Notes under the pieces: generated by a model
The model's database searches: none
What the model saw: only the letters and a program-made list of their open reading frames with translations
Told to the model about the DNA's origin: nothing
In this document: positions 1 to 8,980 of the stretch, piece by piece
Layout: the number at the start of each line of letters is the position of its first letter
Numbering within the stretch: the first letter of the stretch is position 1
DNA from: a virus
Lineage: Duplodnaviria > Caudoviricetes
Virus record (IMG/VR): IMGVR_UViG_3300027785_000107
Location: 1 to 28,513 of that record
Strand: one strand, 5' to 3'
DNA: 28,513 nucleotides
Made by a program: the position numbers and the translations under genes

Positions 1-1887
1 AACCGTGGTCGTGATGCGCTGCGCCACCCGGACGAACTGGCTGATAAGCGCCCGCTCCTGTTCGGTGAACAACTGACGCAAGACTTCAGGGTGCTTTTCT
101 GTCGCCGCCTGCCATGTCTTGACCAGTTTGGCCCCGGAGAAGCCACGCGAATCAGGAAGCACGCCGCCGTCTGAACTCCGCAGGATGCGCGTCAACGCCT
201 CATCCTTCAGAGCCTTCCAGCCCTCAGAGTTTTCACCCAGCAGACCCTTCATCTTGACCAAGTCGCGAGCCACATTGGCCTTGGAAAAGAAGCCGGTGTC
301 GGAACGTCCAAAAATCACGCTGATGGCCGTTTCCGGGTCATTCTTGAGCGTGCTTGAGAACTGATCGCGCTCCACCAGTTTTGACACAAGGTCTTCGCCG
401 TCAAACTTGGTCTTGTAGTCCCTGAAAGCGGAAATGGCCTGACGTGCGCGGCTGATTGCTTCCTTGTCGCCAGAGATAGCCGCCTCATCGAGGCTATTGA
501 CCAGCCAGTTATCCAGCGACCGCTTGGCGGCTCCAGCGGCTGCGCCCTCTGCGCCGCCCTCTGCCTGCAAGGACACCAACTGACGGCGCGTCCTGAAGAC
601 TGACGATACGAGCGTCTCAGAAGATCCAGCCTGCATGGACGCCTTCTGCATTCCCTCAAGCTTGGAAAACACCTTCGGGATATCGGCGGGGGCGAAATTG
701 TCCGTCACGTCACCAATGATGTTTTGCACTGCTTGGCGGTAGGTGCCTGGCTCAATGGATGCGTCCTGACCCTGCCTGCTGGCGGTATAAAGGGACCGCA
801 CGTTTTCCTCTGCAGCGTCCCGCATTTGGGCAAGCGGCTGCTGGATAGCAAGGCCCCGCTGCCCCGGTTCGGCAAATTGCGTCCCGCCCGTGATGCGCGC
901 GCGAATTGCCTCCATGTTGCCTTGCAGGGCTTCATCTTGGGCACTGAACGCGGAGCGCATTCTTTCACCAGCAAGACGGCCATAAGCATCCTTTGCCATT
1001 TGGCTCTCAAGCATCTGCTGCTCTGGCAGAAGATCAACCTGCCCCTGCGTGAGTTTCACGGGAACCGGGAGCGATCCCGCCTCTGCAATGACGCCCGCCT
1101 GATTGAGTGCCTGCGGAGAAGTGGCCCTCTGGGCCGTGTCCGCAAACTCGCGCTGCATCTGAACTGACAGTTGGTTTGGGTCAATGCCCGCACGCTGTGC
1201 GATCTGCTGGCCCTGCTGCGTCAACTGCTTGGTTGCCGGGTCGATGAGTTGCGGCTTGCCGCGAAGGTAGGTGATGAAGCGTGAGACTGCAGGGCTAACA
1301 ACCCCTTCGACCGTCGCGCCAAAGCCCGCCCCAATTGGGGCACCTAAAGCAGCCGACACGAGCCTGTTTTGCACACCTCCCTCACCAGAGCCAAACCCAG
1401 ACGCCGCGCCAAAGCCCGCCCCAGTGATAGCCGCGTTTGTCACTCCGCCTGCTACCCTGCCTGTGTTGGCAGCATTCATAACCGTTCCGGCGACAGGAAA
1501 AAGACGCCCCACGGCCTGCGTCGCGGGGCCACCCGTGGCAATAGCCGCAGGAATGCCGCCGATCAGGTTTGACGTGATGGAGGCCCCAAAGTCCTCGCGG
1601 TTCAGTTTGTCTTGCGAGCCTCGGATGTACTTTAATTGCTCGTCGTAGTTGCCAAGGTCTTGCCGGAACACTGAGCCAAGGCCAGCCAGGATTTCATCGC
1701 CCACGCCAAAGCCAAGGCCCGCCATGTTTGCAGCCTTGGCTGTGCCATATTCGTCTTGCGACATGGGCTTTGGCGCTGTGCGCGCTTTTAGTGCCCCTAA
1801 GATAGCCTCCGGGTTCACATCCTGACCTTCCGGCACTGTGACGTTGTACGTCTTCCCATCCGGGGCCGTGATGCGATACTTGGGCAC
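1..1887 (-). CDS. Large DNA ejection/transfer (internal virion) protein, partial, >=629 aa, runs off the left edge
   Basis: Not in the ORF track because it has no stop in the window. I hand-translated the first ~250 and last ~40 codons, which are open in one frame: GTG at 1887 overlapping the upstream TAG, SD GAGGAGG, MPKYRITAPDGKTYNVTVPEG...Gly/Ala-rich GAGFGA segments...LRQLFTEQERALISQFVRVAQRITTTV. It is the third gene of the ejection cluster (P22 gp16-like position). Confidence 0.8.
   Translation of the reverse strand, partial: MPKYRITAPDGKTYNVTVPEGQDVNPEAILGALKARTAPKPMSQDEYGTAKAANMAGLGFGVGDEILAGLGSVFRQDLGNYDEQLKYIRGSQDKLNREDFGASITSNLIGGIPAAIATGGPATQAVGRLFPVAGTVMNAANTGRVAGGVTNAAITGAGFGAASGFGSGEGGVQNRLVSAALGAPIGAGFGATVEGVVSPAVSRFITYLRGKPQLIDPATKQLTQQGQQIAQRAGIDPNQLSVQMQREFADTAQRATSPQALNQAGVIAEAGSLPVPVKLTQGQVDLLPEQQMLESQMAKDAYGRLAGERMRSAFSAQDEALQGNMEAIRARITGGTQFAEPGQRGLAIQQPLAQMRDAAEENVRSLYTASRQGQDASIEPGTYRQAVQNIIGDVTDNFAPADIPKVFSKLEGMQKASMQAGSSETLVSSVFRTRRQLVSLQAEGGAEGAAAGAAKRSLDNWLVNSLDEAAISGDKEAISRARQAISAFRDYKTKFDGEDLVSKLVERDQFSSTLKNDPETAISVIFGRSDTGFFSKANVARDLVKMKGLLGENSEGWKALKDEALTRILRSSDGGVLPDSRGFSGAKLVKTWQAATEKHPEVLRQLFTEQERALISQFVRVAQRITTTV
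1315..1423. repeat. 19-bp direct repeat CGCGCCAAAGCCCGCCCCA x2, in frame, 90 nt apart
   Basis: Identical copies at 1315-1333 and 1405-1423, each encoding GAGFGA in the ejection protein. Confidence 0.85.
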
Positions 1888-2963
1888 TAGTCAACCTCCT
1901 CAAAGGTGAAACCGCCGGATGTGAAAGTCTTCTTTGGCGCGGCAGGCGCAGTTGCGGCAGGCTGGGACGGTGCAGGCTGCGCTTGGCCCCGTGTCGGGCT
2001 GTAATATGTACCACCGCGCAGATCCTGCGCTTGGCTGCTGAAGAACTGTAATCTGTCCTCCGCCGCTTTGATAGCGCGGTCCAAAATGCGTTCGCGGTTT
2101 TCACGAGACAGAGAAGAAGAACCCTGCAACTCAAGCAAGATTGCACGCTCGCCTTCGGTTGGCGCACCGCCGAAGATAACCTTCAACTGAGGCAGAACGT
2201 TCGATTTGATGATGTTGTCAAAGTCGAGCGTGTTGATTGCCGTCTCGTCGCCAAGCAGGGACAGGCCCTGAGATAGCGTGTTAGCCCCCCAACCCTGCGA
2301 GGCTTTCCCGCTCAAGAGTTTTGCCTGCCTCAAAGCGCCAAGGCCCTCCTTCGTGGCTCGCGCCATTTGGTCGGCCTCTAGGATAGCCCCCTTGTCTTTC
2401 GCTGAAAGCGGACCGGGAAGTTGCCCCGTTAGTGCGTACCTCTTCCCCGCCTCTGAATTTGGGTCAATCCCGTATACCTGCGCCAACTGGGCGCGCTGAA
2501 GGGCTGCGCTGCCCGGACCAGAGCCGCCGCCTGCACCGCCACGGTTCGACCTGTTGGTAGCTGCGATCTGTGCCCGCTTGTATTGCAAGTCCAGTTCCGC
2601 CGCCGTCTGCCCCGTCTGCATCTTGATGCGCGGGATGTCCGCCATTGTGATGCCAGCGACTGCCTGCGGGTCTCCGCCGAAGGTCTGCAGGAACCGCTGC
2701 TTTGCCATGTCGAGGCTTGCAGGGTTAGCCGTGTCAACGCCTGACAGGATTTCGTTCAGTGCATCAGTTTTCGCCTTGGCCGTCTGAATCTTGCCAAGGT
2801 CCATCTGCATGTCAAACTGCTGTGACGCGCGCTCGTCTGCCACATCCTGACGCTGCATGTTCCGCTGACGATCTGCATCAGCCTGCTGCTTCTGCTGCGC
2901 TGTGTAGTAGCTGCTAAGGAAATTACCCGCGATGTCGGGCTGCTGAAGTTCTGGCATCTTCAA
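1887..2963 (-). CDS. DNA ejection/injection protein (P22 gp20-like position), 358 aa
   Basis: Q/A-rich helical protein with a Gly-rich linker, lying between two other ejection-type genes. The start may be the ATG at 2957. Confidence 0.65.
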   Translation of the reverse strand: MKMPELQQPDIAGNFLSSYYTAQQKQQADADRQRNMQRQDVADERASQQFDMQMDLGKIQTAKAKTDALNEILSGVDTANPASLDMAKQRFLQTFGGDPQAVAGITMADIPRIKMQTGQTAAELDLQYKRAQIAATNRSNRGGAGGGSGPGSAALQRAQLAQVYGIDPNSEAGKRYALTGQLPGPLSAKDKGAILEADQMARATKEGLGALRQAKLLSGKASQGWGANTLSQGLSLLGDETAINTLDFDNIIKSNVLPQLKVIFGGAPTEGERAILLELQGSSSLSRENRERILDRAIKAAEDRLQFFSSQAQDLRGGTYYSPTRGQAQPAPSQPAATAPAAPKKTFTSGGFTFEEVD

Positions 2964-3649
2964 CCCCTCGGAAAGAGCACGTTATAGGCTTGCTGTGGCG
3001 CACTCATGCCGGGGTTGCCGGAACCAAACGCCCCGCCCTTGTACGCTCCATAAAGACTTGCCCCCTGGCTCAATGCGTTGTTCACCCCATTCGCCATGTT
3101 GATGTACCCGCCCGCTCTAGCATTGCCCGCCATTGTCGCGGCGTTAGCCTGACCGGAAGCAGCGTTTGCCCCAAAGTTGCCCGTGGTCGTGGCGGCACCA
3201 AGGCCCGTGTCTACGAGGCCACCAACGCGGCTCAGATAGTTGTTGAAGTCGCCGAGATAGAGTTGCCCCGTGCGGTCCCCAATGGCCTGCGCCGTCGAGC
3301 CTGAGAACAGGCCCCCACGTGCTGCGCTGGAAGCGTCCACGCCGCGTTGCGTGTCTTTGACAAGCTGGGAGAGGAAGGGTGACTGCTGGTAATCGTTCAG
3401 GCTGGACTGATAGGCGTCCTGCCCATTCATGCCGAGAAGGTTTTGATAGCGGCTGAGAGCGTTCGTGCCTACGTCGCGGTATGGCTCAAGGTCTCCGCGC
3501 GTCTGCTCAAACTGCTGCCGCTGGATGTCGCCTGCCTGCTGTGCGGCCTTCTTCTGCGCGCTCGCGGCCTTGTTGGCACCGTAGACCGACGCTCCGGCCC
3601 CAAGCAGGGCTGACCCGCCAATAATTGCTGCTGTTGTTCCAACTGGCAT
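2960..3649 (-). CDS. DNA ejection/pilot protein (P22 gp7-like), 229 aa
   Basis: Hydrophobic Gly/Ala N-terminus (AAIIGGSALLGAGASVYGANKAASAQ), then 'QQFEQTRGDLEPYRDVG' and 'SAARGGLFSG', typical of this family. Confidence 0.75.
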   Translation of the reverse strand: MPVGTTAAIIGGSALLGAGASVYGANKAASAQKKAAQQAGDIQRQQFEQTRGDLEPYRDVGTNALSRYQNLLGMNGQDAYQSSLNDYQQSPFLSQLVKDTQRGVDASSAARGGLFSGSTAQAIGDRTGQLYLGDFNNYLSRVGGLVDTGLGAATTTGNFGANAASGQANAATMAGNARAGGYINMANGVNNALSQGASLYGAYKGGAFGSGNPGMSAPQQAYNVLFPRG

Positions 3650-4095
3650 CAGTTTAACTCCTTACGCCAATGTGTTTCGCACGGGGTAAAGCCCCAGCGT
3701 CTGTAAACCTTCTCCAAGTGGCTTTCGCTCACTGGATAGGCAATCCCAAATGTCTTGCAGTCTTTGTCCCGCGCCCACTCTTCAGCGAAGCGACGCAACT
3801 TGCCGCCATGCCCGCGAGCGTTCGGCGTCGTGTAAATGAACAGTTCGCCAAGCATCCGCTGGCCTGAGAACAGGTGCGCGTGTGCTAGCCCAACAAAGCA
3901 GCCTGCAAAGTGCCCCTCGTCCGTCTCCAGAACTGCCACGCATCCATCACCGCTGTTGATGAGGCCAAGCAGCATGTTTTCCACGTGGAGCGGGTCAACC
4001 GTGTCAATCTTGTAGGACGATGCCGCAACAAACGCCTTGATCCCCTCAATGATGTTTGGGATGTCGCCCTGATGCGCGTCTCTGATCAGATGCAT
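3649..4095 (-). CDS. GNAT-family acetyltransferase-like protein, 148 aa
   Basis: Acetyl-CoA motif A-like 'YTTPNARGHGGKL' and C-terminal 'VYRRWGF'. It sits at the P22 gp14-like position just upstream of the ejection genes. Confidence 0.75.
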   Translation of the reverse strand: MHLIRDAHQGDIPNIIEGIKAFVAASSYKIDTVDPLHVENMLLGLINSGDGCVAVLETDEGHFAGCFVGLAHAHLFSGQRMLGELFIYTTPNARGHGGKLRRFAEEWARDKDCKTFGIAYPVSESHLEKVYRRWGFTPCETHWRKELN

Positions 4096-4622
4096 GGTCG
4101 TATGTCCACTATCAGGGCCAAACGGTCGTCAGACGAGCCGTTGTACACTTCATGCTCCAGAGCATTCTGAAACCACCAGATTTCGCCCGTCTTCATGGCG
4201 ACAGTCTCGTCACCCGCCCGAAACAGAACGCCCGGCAGGCTGTGCAGTGCAATCTGGTATCGCTTGTAATAGGACGTATGCGCCGCCCCGTCGTCGTGCG
4301 GGTAAATGCGACCACCAGGAGGCAACCGGCTGATCATCACAGGGCCAAGCCGCTCGCCTTCGATCTGGCGCATTAGGCCGAAGATGATGGAACGCACCGC
4401 AGGCAACTCTGCCATTGCCGGGTAATTCACACACTCAAACTCACCAAGCCCCTGCTTGATGCCTTCCGCACTTGGGAACCGCAGCCAGATGTCGTCGCAC
4501 TCAGCCAGTTCCGCCGTATCACGTCTCAGGCTATTGCGGTTCCAGAGTTCCGGCCTTGTCTGCAAGGCATGGACTATCGACACAGTGTCTATGCCCTCGC
4601 ATAGCCTGTAGAAGTTTCGCAT
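4086..4622 (-). CDS. Aspartyl/asparaginyl beta-hydroxylase-family 2OG-Fe(II) oxygenase, 178 aa
   Basis: 'MISRLPPGGRIYPHDD' (HxD), 'GEIWWFQNALEHEVYN' (distal His) and 'DDRLALIVD' (2OG-binding Arg). Confidence 0.85.
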   Translation of the reverse strand: MRNFYRLCEGIDTVSIVHALQTRPELWNRNSLRRDTAELAECDDIWLRFPSAEGIKQGLGEFECVNYPAMAELPAVRSIIFGLMRQIEGERLGPVMISRLPPGGRIYPHDDGAAHTSYYKRYQIALHSLPGVLFRAGDETVAMKTGEIWWFQNALEHEVYNGSSDDRLALIVDIRPCI

Positions 4623-4631
4623 TTTCCCTCT

Positions 4632-4892
4632 TTAGGTCTTGATCACGAAGCCAGCCTGCACAGGCAATGTTGTCCCGCCTAATGCGGTCGCTAGGTTCGG
4701 GTATGTCGTCGCAGAGAACGTGGAGCCGTCACACTCCAGGTAGCCTTCTGGAACCGTCAGGGCGTGGTTACGGACCGCAACGCCTGTCGGGACTAGGCCC
4801 TTTTGGTAGTCCAGCAGGGCTTGGTAGAAGCCAAGCACCTCGCGGTCATCGCCGTGGATCTTCTGGGGGACGTTGGAGCGGCGGCGGGTCAT
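4632..4892 (-). CDS. Small tail-collar-domain protein, 86 aa
   Basis: 'VPEGYLECDGSTFSATTYPNLATALG' is the phage tail collar motif. Confidence 0.75.
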   Translation of the reverse strand: MTRRRSNVPQKIHGDDREVLGFYQALLDYQKGLVPTGVAVRNHALTVPEGYLECDGSTFSATTYPNLATALGGTTLPVQAGFVIKT

Positions 4893-5116
4893 TAGTAGGA
4901 CTGCATACCCTTCGGCATCAGCCTGTTGCCGGGGCGCATGGGAGGCTGTGCAACGGTCTGGATCTGCTGCATAGGCTGGCCCACCGGCATGATGCTGGCT
5001 TGTGGCTGCTGCATCTGCTGACGCCTTGCCATAAGCATCTGCATCAAGCGTGGCTGTTGAGCCTGACCGCCCTGCGGGAAACGCTGCGCCATCATGCTGA
5101 GATAGTTCGAGTTCAT
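4892..5116 (-). CDS. Gln/Met/Pro-rich hypothetical protein, 74 aa
   Basis: Fills the gap exactly, with TAATG stop/start overlaps on both sides. Confidence 0.6.
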   Translation of the reverse strand: MNSNYLSMMAQRFPQGGQAQQPRLMQMLMARRQQMQQPQASIMPVGQPMQQIQTVAQPPMRPGNRLMPKGMQSY

Positions 5117-6546
5117 TAGTGCGCTCCCACTTTCACGTCAGCCCACATACCCAGCATGACCACCTTGACGGGGTCACTGACGCGGACCTTGATAATCCGG
5201 TTACGATACGAGCCAAGCGCATTCCACACGGCCCGGTACTTGTATTGCCCGATTTGCCCCATGCTGGCATTGCGCGGGTTGCTCCACGTCATGCCGCCGT
5301 CGTCGCTGTGACTTTCCATGACGATAGGGCTTGAACCCTGACCGGAGGAAAGGCCGACGCCCGCCTCAATGTCGAGTTCCAGGCGGCTCATAAACGCGCG
5401 CTTGCCGTCGTGGCTGATCTGCGTTGACGTGGCCTCGCGGATAATGCCTTCGCTGTTTTCCGTGAAACTGTCGGCAAGCAACTCATACAGGTTGCCATCA
5501 GAACTGCCGACGATCTGCTTCACGCCGTTGATGGCGAATGTCTCAGCATCCCACCCGCCCGTAGGGTCTGACCCCATCGGCCAAGAACCCGTCTTGCGGT
5601 AGCTCCACATATTGGTGGAGATGTCCCAAGCGACTGACCATTCGTCAGGAAGCGTCAGGCAGTAGAACAGGTGGCCCCTCTGCTGATAAGCGAACGCCTT
5701 GAGCATGGACAGGTCTGCTACTGACTCCAGCAGCGTATCCACTTCAGGCGGGCTGATCTTGCGCGGGGCATAGCCCTCTGCACGATAAACTGAAACGCCC
5801 CCTGCCTTTCCGTCCCGCCCCACCCATGTCAGGCCGCTATCTACGACCAGAGCCGTATCGCGCGACGTGCAGCCAATGTTAGCCGATGCCGTGGCAGTTC
5901 GAGCGAATGCGTTAGCCCCACTGTCACCCGTAGGCCCCCACCATTCCGTGGTTTTCGTTCCAAGCAATGCTACGTCATTAGCAACTGCGCGAACAGCCAC
6001 AAGGTTATCACTCTCAGCTTCAGCCGTGGCGAAGTCGAGCGCGTCGAAGGTGAAGACGTTTGTCAGCCTCCAGCGGAACCGGCCTGTGTCTTTGACTGCA
6101 ATGATGGAATACGAAGCCAGGGAAGTGCATGACGTGGCCTGTTCGTAGCCCCCGCCAGAATGCTCGGTAAGCGTCAGGGTTGGAACGTCGAAGTAGTACG
6201 ACTTCACCTCGGCGATGATGTCGATCTGGTTTGAGTTGAAGGCCATGTCTACAGGCAAAGCGCCCTCAATGGTTCCAAGGCTTGATGACGTGCCGTCAGA
6301 GTTCACCTTGTACAGCGTCGTCCCGATGACTGCGTAATGCACGTCAGACGCCGTAATCATGCCGCGCACAGTTCCCCCGCCTATTGTGGCGAACAGGGAG
6401 CGCGCAGGAGTGCCATAGCACACAAAGTCGGTCCGCCCCTCGCCGTCTACTGGCTCGCCGTACAGGTTCACCAAAGACTGCATACCTGCGGCGTTCGACC
6501 GGCCTTTGTTGAAGGTGCGGCCAAAGGGGATGCGGACGCGGGGCAT
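5116..6546 (-). CDS. Tail hub / packaged-DNA stabilization protein (P22 gp10-like), ~476 aa
   Basis: 'DFATAEAESDNLVAV', 'AFAYQQRGHLFYCLT' and 'SDDGGMTWSN...GQIGQYKYRAVWNALG...R' are gp10-family motifs. Start moved to the ATG at 6546 (TGATG overlap). Confidence 0.85.
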   Translation of the reverse strand: MPRVRIPFGRTFNKGRSNAAGMQSLVNLYGEPVDGEGRTDFVCYGTPARSLFATIGGGTVRGMITASDVHYAVIGTTLYKVNSDGTSSSLGTIEGALPVDMAFNSNQIDIIAEVKSYYFDVPTLTLTEHSGGGYEQATSCTSLASYSIIAVKDTGRFRWRLTNVFTFDALDFATAEAESDNLVAVRAVANDVALLGTKTTEWWGPTGDSGANAFARTATASANIGCTSRDTALVVDSGLTWVGRDGKAGGVSVYRAEGYAPRKISPPEVDTLLESVADLSMLKAFAYQQRGHLFYCLTLPDEWSVAWDISTNMWSYRKTGSWPMGSDPTGGWDAETFAINGVKQIVGSSDGNLYELLADSFTENSEGIIREATSTQISHDGKRAFMSRLELDIEAGVGLSSGQGSSPIVMESHSDDGGMTWSNPRNASMGQIGQYKYRAVWNALGSYRNRIIKVRVSDPVKVVMLGMWADVKVGAH

Positions 6547-7028
6547 CAGGGCCGGATAAGCTGGACAGACCACGAAACAAGCGTAAGCGTGTCACCTGCA
6601 AGCCCCTTTTGACCCGTGATGACGAGGGATGTGGTGACGCTTGTGTCGATGGCCGCTGTCGTGTTCGTGCCAACCGAAGTCGTACCCGGATGCGGGACGC
6701 TGCCACGGTCAAAGAAGATCTGGCTGTTCTGAACACCAGCGTTCTGGATGATGCGGAAGTCAGCCATCTGCGTCGTGGTCGTCTGCGTGATAGCGAGCGC
6801 CTGAGTGCCGCCAGCGCCGCCTAGGCGCACGCGCATGGTCTTGTTGTTGGCTGAGTTCGTGTAGTTCCAAAGCGTGTAGACCCACAACTGGCCGTTTGGC
6901 CCCATTGTCCCGCCGGGAATTGTGACCGTCGCAAGGGTGTTCTCGGTTGTGTTTGCGCCTGCACTCGCGGCTGTTCCACTGACGCCCAATACCAGCGGCG
7001 TCAAAGGCCGCAGAAGAACACCGCCCAT
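6546..7028 (-). CDS. Hypothetical virion protein, Thr/Gly-rich and beta-rich, 160 aa
   Basis: Coupled to neighbours in the neck/tail block, with structural-protein composition. Confidence 0.6.
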   Translation of the reverse strand: MGGVLLRPLTPLVLGVSGTAASAGANTTENTLATVTIPGGTMGPNGQLWVYTLWNYTNSANNKTMRVRLGGAGGTQALAITQTTTTQMADFRIIQNAGVQNSQIFFDRGSVPHPGTTSVGTNTTAAIDTSVTTSLVITGQKGLAGDTLTLVSWSVQLIRP

Positions 7029-7324
7029 TATGGCACCGCCACAAGTGTGGAGTACATGGCAGAAGGCGAACCCGTAACAGCAACGCGCACTTCAGCATTT
7101 GCCGCAAGCAGCACAGAGACAAAGCCCGCGCCAGTCAACGCCGCACCTGCGATGTCGGTGGCGGTGCCGTTCGCATTCTTCGCCTGAAGCTGCAGCGTGG
7201 CACCTGAGAACGTGCCCTCGGCCTCCCAGATATACGTCCCGCCTTTTGCAATGACGTATGACCCGGTAGCGGATTCGTTGTTGAGCAATGTAAGCTGCTC
7301 AATGAAGTTAGTGTTTAGCGCCAT
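7028..7324 (-). CDS. Hypothetical virion protein, 98 aa
   Basis: Coupled ORF with a small beta-sandwich-like pattern 'GTFSGATLQLQ'. Confidence 0.6.
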   Translation of the reverse strand: MALNTNFIEQLTLLNNESATGSYVIAKGGTYIWEAEGTFSGATLQLQAKNANGTATDIAGAALTGAGFVSVLLAANAEVRVAVTGSPSAMYSTLVAVP

Positions 7325-7671
7325 CAGAAGTACTCCACCATAACAGGCTCTTTGCTAGAGCGTTGGGAAACGTGACGCTCAAGCAGACGATATCCCGTCT
7401 CGCCAAGCAGATAGGGTGTGTCAGAGTTAGGCCCGCGCCCGAAGGCTTCAGCGCATTGGCCTGCAATGACTTGGGCATAGGGAAGCGCAGCCGCGTCGGG
7501 GATGGCGTCGTCTAGCCAAAAACACAGCCCCTCTTCGATTAGCCAGGCTCTCACCTTAGAAGCTCTGCGCGAGATCATGTCGCTAACGTCAGCAGACAGG
7601 GTTTCGCCTGCGCCTATGATGGCAAGCTCCTCTCCGATGATCTGGTACAAATCCGTGTTTGTGACTGTCAT
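7324..7671 (-). CDS. Head-to-tail adaptor (P22 gp4-like), 115 aa
   Basis: Helical protein with 'ELAIIGAGETLSA' near the N-terminus, positioned between capsid and hub genes. Confidence 0.6.
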   Translation of the reverse strand: MTVTNTDLYQIIGEELAIIGAGETLSADVSDMISRRASKVRAWLIEEGLCFWLDDAIPDAAALPYAQVIAGQCAEAFGRGPNSDTPYLLGETGYRLLERHVSQRSSKEPVMVEYF

Positions 7672-8186
7672 GACGCCCTCGCAAATTCGCCATAATGCTT
7701 CAACGCCCCGGCGACGTAGGCAGCATGTGCAGCTTCAGCGGTATCGAACACACCCAAGTGCAGTTTTTTACCGTTAGGGTGGACGGCAGCAATGAAGCGC
7801 CCGGTTCGCCTGTCTCTTGTCACGCCTTTATAGCCAGACGTGTTTGAAGATCGACGGGACGTATTCGCCATGTTCTGCGAGCGACTAGCAGCCCTCAAGT
7901 TGGAAATCCGGTTGTCCGACTTGATGCCGTTCACGTGGTCAATGTCGACGACTGCCCCGTCGCCGTGGTGGTATATCCATACCGCTTTGTGGGCTTGTAT
8001 TTTGGTTCGGTTCACGGTCATGCCTATGTAGCCATCCGGGCGCAGATGACCGGCAAGCTTGCCAGCAAATCGCTTGTTCCATATGACTTCGAAATGCGTT
8101 TTCACGGGGCGAACTTTCCACGTGAGATGCCCCGTCTCTGGATCGTAGTCCAGCAACGCGCGAAGCCGCTCTTGCGTCAGGCTCAC
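7668..8186 (-). CDS. HNH-AP2 homing endonuclease, 172 aa
   Basis: 'LTQERLRALLDYDPETG', 'IDHVNGIKSDNRISNLR' (HNH) and 'NTSGYKGV...HLGVFDTAEAAHAAY' (AP2). Confidence 0.92.
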   Translation of the reverse strand: MSLTQERLRALLDYDPETGHLTWKVRPVKTHFEVIWNKRFAGKLAGHLRPDGYIGMTVNRTKIQAHKAVWIYHHGDGAVVDIDHVNGIKSDNRISNLRAASRSQNMANTSRRSSNTSGYKGVTRDRRTGRFIAAVHPNGKKLHLGVFDTAEAAHAAYVAGALKHYGEFARAS

Positions 8187-8482
8187 TCTGCAGCGTCCTC
8201 AACAAATACAGCGTCGTCAGCCACAACCTTGGCAGGCCGACCCCGCTTGGCCTTCGGTGCATCCAGCACTTCAAGCGTGCCGGGTTCGTCGTTGACCGCC
8301 TGGAAGAACTGGTGCGTCTTCAGCTTGCTGATTGCGTGCTGAAACTTGGAATCGTCGGCGAAGTTGCCTGGAAGCACATCCTTGGCAACGCCTTCTATGA
8401 ACTTGATGCCGTACATGGTGACGGATGCGGGCATTTCGGTGCCGTCGAATTCCGTCCCGCCTAAATAAACGAACCTGGTCAT
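8183..8482 (-). CDS. Hypothetical protein, 99 aa
   Basis: SD AAGGAGG upstream and a 'KAKRGRPAK' basic motif. Typical of small genes following the capsid. Confidence 0.7.
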   Translation of the reverse strand: MTRFVYLGGTEFDGTEMPASVTMYGIKFIEGVAKDVLPGNFADDSKFQHAISKLKTHQFFQAVNDEPGTLEVLDAPKAKRGRPAKVVADDAVFVEDAAE

Positions 8483-8498
8483 AAACCCTCCTTGTCAG

Positions 8499-8530
8499 AA
8501 AAAGAAAGGGGCGGATTGTGGCCCGCCCCT
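8499..8530 (-). terminator. Rho-independent terminator after the decoration-protein gene
   Basis: Minus strand AGGGGCGG-GCCACAAT-CCGCCCCT followed by TTCTTTTT. Confidence 0.8.
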
Positions 8531-8535
8531 CATGC

Positions 8536-8964
8536 TTACGAAGCGGTGCCTTCAAAGCGGCCAATCAGAGCGAGCGCAATCGTGCCCGTCGACGTGGCAG
8601 GGCCTGCAGCCGCAACACCCGTGATGATGGTGTCAGCCGTGTACAGGTAGTTCTGGCCCGTAACCGCCATAGCGCGGTCAGCGGTTCCAGCCTGTGCCAC
8701 AGTCGAAGCAGCGAACAAACGGTCAGCGTCACCAGCGTCACCAATGTTCAGGGTGACTGTGGTGCCCGAGTCCTGGTCCGTGGCTTCAAGGACTGCCGAG
8801 AGAACCCGGAAGCCCTTCGGCACGACACCGAAGACGAGCGGGTCAGACGTTGTCAGAGCCGCCGTGGTCGTGATTTCCCAGTAGAACGCCATCACGTTGC
8901 CGGGAGTTGCGCCAACGCCAGCATTTGGCGAGTTGGCGTACTGTTTCGATGAATAGGTAGGCAT
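8536..8964 (-). CDS. Capsid decoration/cement-like protein, 142 aa
   Basis: Directly after the major capsid gene, beta-rich, with 'TVTLNIGDAGDADRLFAA'. Confidence 0.65.
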   Translation of the reverse strand: MPTYSSKQYANSPNAGVGATPGNVMAFYWEITTTAALTTSDPLVFGVVPKGFRVLSAVLEATDQDSGTTVTLNIGDAGDADRLFAASTVAQAGTADRAMAVTGQNYLYTADTIITGVAAAGPATSTGTIALALIGRFEGTAS

Positions 8965-8980
8965 GTTTGGTCCTCACCAA

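Noticed and set aside
119-2167. Several short ORFs listed in the track at the left end
   Set aside because: They overlap the long minus-strand ejection ORF (1..1887) or its neighbour in other frames, and have no protein-like features.
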